Origin: a virus
Taxonomy: Duplodnaviria; Caudoviricetes
Strand: one strand, 5' to 3'
Length of the DNA: 48,865 nt
IMG/VR virus record: IMGVR_UViG_3300048074_000018
Coordinates: 1 to 48,865 of that record
Shown here piece by piece: positions 44,097-48,865 of the stretch (the stretch's first letter is position 1; the number at the start of each line of letters is the position of its first letter). The notes below the pieces were generated by a model. It did no database searches. It was not told the origin of the DNA and was given only the letters and a program-made list of their open reading frames with translations. Position numbers and translations under genes: made by a program.

Positions 44097-44261
44097 ATGG
44101 GACGCAAAAAACTTTGGGCAGAGGACATGCAGGCCCGGTTCCCGGAGGGGACATTCGAGCGGATCGAGGCCGTTCTGGACGAGGGCGAGGACCGGACTGA
44201 TTTTGTCCGGGCGGCCGTCGATCGAGAGTTGAAGCGCAGAGAGCGCAAAGCCGCCTCCTAG
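44097..44261 (+). CDS. Ribbon-helix-helix (CopG/Arc-like) regulator
   Basis: MQARFPEGTFERIEAVL..GEDRTDFVRAAVDREL. Confidence 0.8.
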   Translation: MGRKKLWAEDMQARFPEGTFERIEAVLDEGEDRTDFVRAAVDRELKRRERKAAS

Positions 44262-44569
44262 TCGCCCTTGCTACCGAACAATGCTGCGCGGTTCATCCAT
44301 GCGGTTTCTACGCATTTGTCCTCTGCCTCTACATCGCCAGTCATGCCGCACTTAGGACATGGCGTCTCTGGATCGATGTTGAATGTCTGGTCACGGAACG
44401 GGCAGATTGCGCCGTCACGTAGTAGCCCAGTCAATCGATCAAGCTCTCCTGTCAGCCGCTCGATCTCGTCCGCAGCTTCGCCCATGAGCGAAACCACATA
44501 GTCAGAACTCAGGCCGTCCTTTCCGTCCGCTGCGGGCCATATCCGCAAGCGCTCTACGATATCAGCCAT
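44258..44569 (-). CDS. Hypothetical phage protein with zinc motif
   Basis: MADIVERLR...EAADEIERL; CPF...CPKCG...C. Confidence 0.7.
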   Translation of the reverse strand: MADIVERLRIWPAADGKDGLSSDYVVSLMGEAADEIERLTGELDRLTGLLRDGAICPFRDQTFNIDPETPCPKCGMTGDVEAEDKCVETAWMNRAALFGSKGD

Positions 44570-44670
44570 TGTCTGACTCGCTGCGTTGTGTGGAGAGAAA
44601 TGTGAGTGCGTCCGGCCATTGAATGACTTTCATGCTTATCCGGTTTGAACATACGGCCTCTAAGGGTTGA

Positions 44671-44865
44671 TCAGTCATGATGACTCGCCATCGTCGGATG
44701 CTTCCAAGTCCCTTCATACAGAAATCGGTCCCAGCGCGCCGCTGCGATCCAGCCCCTCAAGTCGTCCCGGCGCGTGATGGTGACGATGTATCCGCGCGCG
44801 GGGTCTACCCCGCCTGCGCACATCTCATAATAACCGGCCGTCATTCGCCTTACGCGGAATGTCAT
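44671..44865 (-). CDS. Hypothetical protein, possibly truncated
   Basis: TGATG coupling to upstream gene; GWIAAARWD. Confidence 0.5.
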   Translation of the reverse strand: MTFRVRRMTAGYYEMCAGGVDPARGYIVTITRRDDLRGWIAAARWDRFLYEGTWKHPTMASHHD

Positions 44866-45032
44866 CAGAGATTCTCTCTGGCCGGGATCGTGATGGGCGT
44901 GCACGGGCAGGCCGGGGCGGAAACTCCCTTTGCCTTCCACCCACACGCACGACAAATCCAAAAGAAGCCGTGTGCCTTATTTTTGAACGGCATTCCAATC
45001 CAGTCGCATCGCGGGTTATCAATTTTGATCAC
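44865..45032 (-). CDS. Small Cys-rich protein
   Basis: AAGGAG RBS, GTG start; CDW...WICRACG...PAC. Confidence 0.55.
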   Translation of the reverse strand: MIKIDNPRCDWIGMPFKNKAHGFFWICRACGWKAKGVSAPACPCTPITIPARENL

Positions 45033-45306
45033 TTGCGGACTCCTTGCCTTGAACGGCCCGAAGAACCTTCTCAATTGCTTCCCGCGCCTCGCTCAACTCC
45101 CTGCGCGCGGCAGGTGCGTAAAAGGTGTCCGCGCCCTCGTAATAGACAGCGGCTTCTATCAGCCGGTCGGTCATGTGTCCCACGGCAGCGCCGTCCGGCA
45201 GCGCCGCATGCAACGTCGCAAGCTGGCCTTCGGCCTTTTGTGCGCGCGCGGACCACTCACGTCGCAGCATCAGTTCCGCATCATGCTCTGCCTTCCAGTC
45301 GGTCAT
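45019..45306 (-). CDS. Hypothetical protein
   Basis: AGGAGG RBS. Confidence 0.65.
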   Translation of the reverse strand: MTDWKAEHDAELMLRREWSARAQKAEGQLATLHAALPDGAAVGHMTDRLIEAAVYYEGADTFYAPAARRELSEAREAIEKVLRAVQGKESASDQN

Positions 45307-45315
45307 CTAGCCCTC

Positions 45316-45510
45316 CTAGCTCGCGGGGTCGTATTCGGAATAATCCTTGGCGTCCGGGTCCCAGTTGCACTTTTCGCAACGGCGCTTCCCGTTCGTACAC
45401 AGCATCATCCGCTGGCGATGACAGTTCGGACAATCGGTTCCGTCATAATCGCCCGCCCATGCGGCTTTATACGCCGCTTCCTCATCTTGAATTTTGCTGT
45501 AGCTGCTCAT
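45316..45510 (-). CDS. Small zinc-ribbon protein
   Basis: CPNCHRQR...C.NGKRRCEKCNW. Confidence 0.7.
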   Translation of the reverse strand: MSSYSKIQDEEAAYKAAWAGDYDGTDCPNCHRQRMMLCTNGKRRCEKCNWDPDAKDYSEYDPAS

Positions 45511-45890
45511 GAAGAAACCCTATCAGGAGTATCTGTATGTGTCAGCCGGATAAGCATAATGACTTTAATGTTGGCATCTGTGGCGCGTCTAACCATGTCG
45601 GCCGTGCCGCGACCACCAGGAAAAGCCATAACTAGATCGGGCTTCCCGTCATCGAGCATTTGCTGATTCCTAATCGGCCCCGCCTTTTTCCCGTGTGTGC
45701 GCCAGTCAGCCGGATAATTGATATACGGAACACACCGCGCGACGCACCATTCGCGTGCAAGCTGATCTGCGCCAGATGCTCCGCCCTGGATAATAATTAG
45801 AGTATCGTGGTCAATCCTGATGGCGTCGAGTGCCGTAAATAGCGACACGCCCTCGTGATAATTGCGGCCACCGCAGACTAACACGCGCAT
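45507..45890 (-). CDS. SLOG-superfamily (YspA/DUF2493-like) protein
   Basis: MRVLVCGGR, QGGASGAD, YPADW..HGKKAGPIRNQQM, AFPGGRGTADM. Confidence 0.88.
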   Translation of the reverse strand: MRVLVCGGRNYHEGVSLFTALDAIRIDHDTLIIIQGGASGADQLAREWCVARCVPYINYPADWRTHGKKAGPIRNQQMLDDGKPDLVMAFPGGRGTADMVRRATDANIKVIMLIRLTHTDTPDRVSS

Positions 45891-46105
45891 TACTCGCCCT
45901 CACGTTGACGATCGGAAAGCGCATTTTTATAGGCAGCAATAGCCGCTCTGGCCGTGTTTCTGTATTTCTCCGCAAGGTCTGGCGGCAACGGAAGTTCATG
46001 CGACGCGAACATCGTTTTGGCGATGGCGTCGGCCACGCGGTCAATAATTTTATCGCGCGCCAGTTCTTGGGCATACCAAAGAGTGTCGTCGTGGACACTT
46101 CCCAT
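45890..46105 (-). CDS. Hypothetical protein
   Basis: IIDRVADAI...YRNTARAAIAA; coupled at both ends. Confidence 0.6.
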   Translation of the reverse strand: MGSVHDDTLWYAQELARDKIIDRVADAIAKTMFASHELPLPPDLAEKYRNTARAAIAAYKNALSDRQREGE

Positions 46106-46305
46106 CACTTGACCTCGCATTCATGCGCTTCGCGACGCGAATTCCCGCACCCGCAATCTCCGCATCCGAGGCAATGTCGCGCCGTCCAATCGTCGTGCAG
46201 CGGATACGGGCAGTACCAGCGGAACCATAGTGGAGCGATCAAGTCGGACAGCCAGTTGCCGCGCCAGCACAGACGGTACATCGCGCGCTCAAGTGTGCGT
46301 CTCAT
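46105..46305 (-). CDS. Small Cys-rich protein
   Basis: AAGGAGG RBS; YCPYPLH...HC..CGDCGC. Confidence 0.6.
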   Translation of the reverse strand: MRRTLERAMYRLCWRGNWLSDLIAPLWFRWYCPYPLHDDWTARHCLGCGDCGCGNSRREAHECEVK

Positions 46306-46747
46306 TCTCGCCTCCTTTTGCTGTCGAAAGCGCTGTGTCTGTGTTGTTGAGGGCAGTCTCAACCAACTCAATGCCGCCGTTGATTGTGCCGAGAGCCGTC
46401 CGCTTAGGCGCGCCAGTGGACAGATCAATCGCAGCGTTTTTCATGTAGCCGCAAGCGGCTCGCAGCACCTCTCGCAGCTTCGCGTTCTCCGCCCCGACCG
46501 TGCGGAGATTGGTGTAGGCCTCGTGCCATTGATTGTAGCGGGCTGCAGCCTCTTGTTCGCGGTCGGCGAGTTTTTCGGTGAGCAACGCATTGGCAGCTTC
46601 TAATTCTCGTATGCGAATGGCGGCGCGCTCACAGATTTCCCAATATTCTCCAATGTCAACGGCGTGATTCGGATTCGACATGACGAATAGCTGTGCCGCA
46701 ATGTCTTCGTTCGAAGGATCGTGCGGGCTGATGGTCGGGTCGGTCAT
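46289..46747 (-). CDS. Hypothetical coiled-coil protein (paralog of the gene spanning the contig join)
   Basis: ATGA-coupled; first ~95 codons shared with the 120..1 / 48865..48742 copy (about 43 bp of that copy not in the window). Confidence 0.7.
   Translation of the reverse strand: MTDPTISPHDPSNEDIAAQLFVMSNPNHAVDIGEYWEICERAAIRIRELEAANALLTEKLADREQEAAARYNQWHEAYTNLRTVGAENAKLREVLRAACGYMKNAAIDLSTGAPKRTALGTINGGIELVETALNNTDTALSTAKGGENETHT
46461..46747 (+). repeat. ~287-bp direct repeat, second copy split across the window ends
   Basis: 46461-46584 = 48742-48865; 46628-46747 = 1-120 (1 mismatch). Confidence 0.92.
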
Positions 46748-47988
46748 GAGCGAATAGCCTCTCTGTAGGCAGTCGGCGCGATGCCGTAGCTCGCGGCCAC
46801 GACATCGTGTGGCGTGTCGCCAGGCATAGCACCGAGGTGGAATTTACGGCGCGACCCGTCCGGCTCTAATGAGCCGTTGACTACCTCGATAATGCGGTGC
46901 CGATCGCCACGGATATCCACCTCCAGTAGGCGGCGCGGCTGGCCGTGCATCTCGTCAACCGCAATCACCTTCGCGTTGCGGGCCTCCAGATAGAGTTCGA
47001 AGCCGGTACGGCCGCCGTACTCCATTTCCAGCATGACGCGGCGAAACTCGACATTGGTCTCGGCCTCGACGTTCTCGTGCGAGAATGTCTTGCTGATCAG
47101 TCGCTCCGGGATGCGCAGACCGTGCCATGCATGCACGCCCCATCCATCACGGAAGCGCGCGGCCATGCCGATCGCACAATGGAGTCGGCGCTGCGCGTCG
47201 AAATGCAGCTCGGATGGGCGATCGCACACGAAGGCGATCTTGTAGTAGGCCCACATCCAGCCGCAGGTGGATGCATAGGTGCGATAGGCCTCGAAGTGCC
47301 GCTTCGTGTGCTTATCGTACATGACCCCGATCCGCTCGCCGAATTCGTAGAACGCGAGCCAAAAAGCGTCCTGGCCGCCAATGAAGTAGATTTCCTGCCA
47401 AAGCTGGGCATCGAGCTGGTCCCCGAGCTGGTCCCCGAGCTGGCCCCTGAGCTGGTCCCAGAGCTGGTCCCTGAGCTGGTCCCTGAGCTGGTCCCTGAGC
47501 TGGTCCCAGAGCTGGTCCCTGAGCTGGTCCCTGAGCTGGTCCCAGAGCTGGTCCCAGAGCTGGTCCCTGAGCTGGTCCCCGAGCTGGTCCCTGAGCTGGT
47601 CCCTGAGCTGGTCCCAGAGCTGGTCCCTGAGCTGGTCCCCGAGCTGGTCCCCGAGCTGGCCCCTGAGCTGGTCCCTGAGCTGGTCCCAGAGCTGGTCCCT
47701 GAGCTGGTCCCTGAGCTTCAGCTCAAGGATTTGGCGCTTGTTGTCGCTAAGGTGATCGCGAGTCAGCGCCTGCACGATTCTTCGCGCCAACAGACACGCC
47801 ATCGGCGAGGCGAGCATGATCACGGCGACCGGCTCCTCGCGGCCGCCGGCGCGGTAGAGCGCGCGCACGGCCTCACGAGCCTTCTCCGGGCGGATAGGGT
47901 CGGTCGAGAGGCCGACATCTCGCCAGCGCTCGCGAAAGGCCGGCAGCTCAGCTTCCTGTTCGGGTGTCAGCTTCTCGATCCGCCGCAT
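46744..47988 (-). CDS. DUF6745-like protein with (L-R/W/G-D-Q)n repeat
   Basis: IEKLTPEQEA...W...GLST, CGWMW.Y..IAFVCDRP.ELHFD..RRLH...DGWGVHAWHG, ETNVEFRR, VVNGSLEPDGSRRKF. Confidence 0.75.
   Translation of the reverse strand: MRRIEKLTPEQEAELPAFRERWRDVGLSTDPIRPEKAREAVRALYRAGGREEPVAVIMLASPMACLLARRIVQALTRDHLSDNKRQILELKLRDQLRDQLWDQLRDQLRGQLGDQLGDQLRDQLWDQLRDQLRDQLGDQLRDQLWDQLWDQLRDQLRDQLWDQLRDQLRDQLRDQLWDQLRGQLGDQLGDQLDAQLWQEIYFIGGQDAFWLAFYEFGERIGVMYDKHTKRHFEAYRTYASTCGWMWAYYKIAFVCDRPSELHFDAQRRLHCAIGMAARFRDGWGVHAWHGLRIPERLISKTFSHENVEAETNVEFRRVMLEMEYGGRTGFELYLEARNAKVIAVDEMHGQPRRLLEVDIRGDRHRIIEVVNGSLEPDGSRRKFHLGAMPGDTPHDVVAASYGIAPTAYREAIRS
47413..47712 (+). repeat. Coding tandem repeat, 25 x 12 bp gagctggYcccH
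   Basis: 25 contiguous units counted; variation only at unit positions 8 and 12. Confidence 0.95.
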
Positions 47989-48045
47989 GTTCTCCCCTCC
48001 TTTAGGTGTGCCGCCAGATTTCGCGGCATCTCTTCGTCCATGGCA

Positions 48046-48531
48046 CTAGTCGTGGACCACACGCTCTTCAGCGCCGGCGCTCTCCACCTGGCGGCCGACG
48101 TAGTAGTTGCCGGGCGGCAGCCGGATCGCATCGTGCTCCTCGTGGCTGACCGTCATCGATCCGTGCTCGACCTTGAGGCATCCGATCGCGAGGTCGGTGC
48201 GGGTGAGGATGCCGGCGCGACGCATCGCCTCCACGGCTTCCGGGTCACGGTACATGCGCGCAACCGGCACTGCGATCTTGTTGGAGAGCGCGTCGGCCAT
48301 CAGCGATTCCGCGCGTCGGCTGACCTTGCGCGGCATGACCGCAGGCGGCCGCTCCATCAGCGCGATTGCATGATGATGGCCCGAAACCTCGCCTTCCTGC
48401 AAGATCAACCGGCCATCGACCGGCTTGATTTCGTCGGTCGTATTGATCTTGATCCCGGCTGGGATCGGAATAATGGCGATATCACCTTGAAACGCCTGTC
48501 CTGCGCAAGGGTCAAAGTCGTGAATAGTCAT
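48046..48531 (-). CDS. His-rich beta protein, partner of the DUF6745-like gene
   Basis: QGDI...LQEGEVSGHHHAI...HEEHDAIRLPPGNYYVGRQVE; AGGAG RBS. Confidence 0.75.
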   Translation of the reverse strand: MTIHDFDPCAGQAFQGDIAIIPIPAGIKINTTDEIKPVDGRLILQEGEVSGHHHAIALMERPPAVMPRKVSRRAESLMADALSNKIAVPVARMYRDPEAVEAMRRAGILTRTDLAIGCLKVEHGSMTVSHEEHDAIRLPPGNYYVGRQVESAGAEERVVHD

Positions 48532-48629
48532 AGGGTCGCTCCTGTTGTGACACTGATGATGAGAGTCGGGCCGTCAATGCGTCCGGCCATTTGTTTCGTC
48601 TGAAAAGTACCAGCCAAACAATTCTTCGC

Positions 48630-48865
48630 TCATGGCGTATCCCTTGCTATCGCAAATGCTGTGTCGATCTCGGCGCGGAGGTCAACTGCCCATTGATAAC
48701 CTCTATTACTCGCATCAACTGCGATGTACCTACGTGCGTTGCGCAGCACCTCTCGCAGCTTCGCGTTCTCCGCCCCGACCGTGCGGAGATTGGTGTAGGC
48801 CTCGTGCCATTGATTGTAGCGGGCTGCAGCCTCTTGTTCGCGGTCGGCGAGTTTTTCGGTGAGCA
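48630..48865 (-). CDS. C-terminal part of the gene starting at 120 (ends ...LREVLRNARRYIAVDASNRGYQWAVDLRAEIDTAFAIARDTP)
   Basis: In frame with the duplicated segment; diverges from the paralog after LREVLR. Confidence 0.7.
   Translation of the reverse strand, partial: LTEKLADREQEAAARYNQWHEAYTNLRTVGAENAKLREVLRNARRYIAVDASNRGYQWAVDLRAEIDTAFAIARDTP

Larger units (their letters stand above)
40675..46333 (-). repeat. Dispersed degenerate junction motif CRYT-N11-ARNG at gene boundaries
   Basis: Exact matches at 40675, 40886, 41108, 41306, 41610, 42004, 42503, 43159, 44265, 45903 and 46314 (20-bp windows, + coordinates); CRYA variants at 41805, 42250 and 44567. Confidence 0.7.
1..48865. mobile_element. 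Near-complete circular(ly permuted) tailed phage genome, podovirus-like with P22-type tail/ejection module, probable alphaproteobacterial host
   Basis: Terminase, portal, scaffold, capsid, gp10-like, ejection, tailspike and lysis genes in canonical order; no host housekeeping genes; both ends fall inside one copy of a duplicated gene. Confidence 0.93.

Noticed and set aside
44677-45666. 329-aa + strand ORF (also 45905-46603)
   Set aside because: Antisense to a coupled chain of - strand genes with RBSs; no recognisable motifs
47413-47712. CRISPR array
   Set aside because: Units are contiguous 12-mers with no unique spacers, lie in frame within a CDS, and no cas genes are present
46945-48603. 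552-aa + strand ORF with ELVP repeats
   Set aside because: Antisense shadow of two well-formed - strand genes; the stop-free repeat and high GC explain its length
40171-48630. Classical integron with attC sites
   Set aside because: No IntI, and junctions are too short and lack RYYYAAC...GTTRRRY long hairpins; the observed motif is different
46461-48865. Diversity-generating retroelement (duplicated segment as TR/VR; A-position changes in the 12-bp repeat)
   Set aside because: No reverse transcriptase ORF, and the duplicated copies differ at a single synonymous position rather than at many adenines
1-48865. True direct terminal repeats of the virion DNA
   Set aside because: The two ends do not match each other; each matches a different part of the internal segment 46461-46747

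Overview
The window is an essentially complete ~48.9 kb genome of a short-tailed (P22-like tail module) dsDNA phage. The host is most likely an alphaproteobacterium, judged from a GcrA homologue and a GAAC-N7-GAAC SOS box. The two ends join through a duplicated gene: 48742-48865 plus 1-120 match 46461-46747, with about 43 bp missing at the join. Organisation: a leftward recombination operon (HNH, DUF1367/NinB-like, SSB-like, annealing protein, Gp157; 1-3.5 kb); a Cro-like regulator with no recognisable CI or integrase; a rightward GcrA / DnaA-C HTH / RusA / two DNA methyltransferases / replication operon (4-9.5 kb); a highly structured non-coding region (9.7-10.05 kb); packaging, head and P22-like tail/ejection genes including a GroES-like protein (10.3-27.7 kb); receptor-binding proteins including a beta-helix tailspike and a 1081-aa GH9 cellulase-like protein (28-36.5 kb); a GH108 lysis cassette and an HTH-metallophosphoesterase (36.5-39.6 kb); and a leftward array of about 25 tiny accessory genes (40.2-48.9 kb). 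The most striking unexplained signal is in that array. About half of its gene junctions carry a degenerate inverted-repeat site, CRYT-N11-ARNG, at fixed spacing, which suggests a gene-cassette shuffling system whose recombinase is not encoded here. All family assignments come from motif recognition by eye; no database searches were run.
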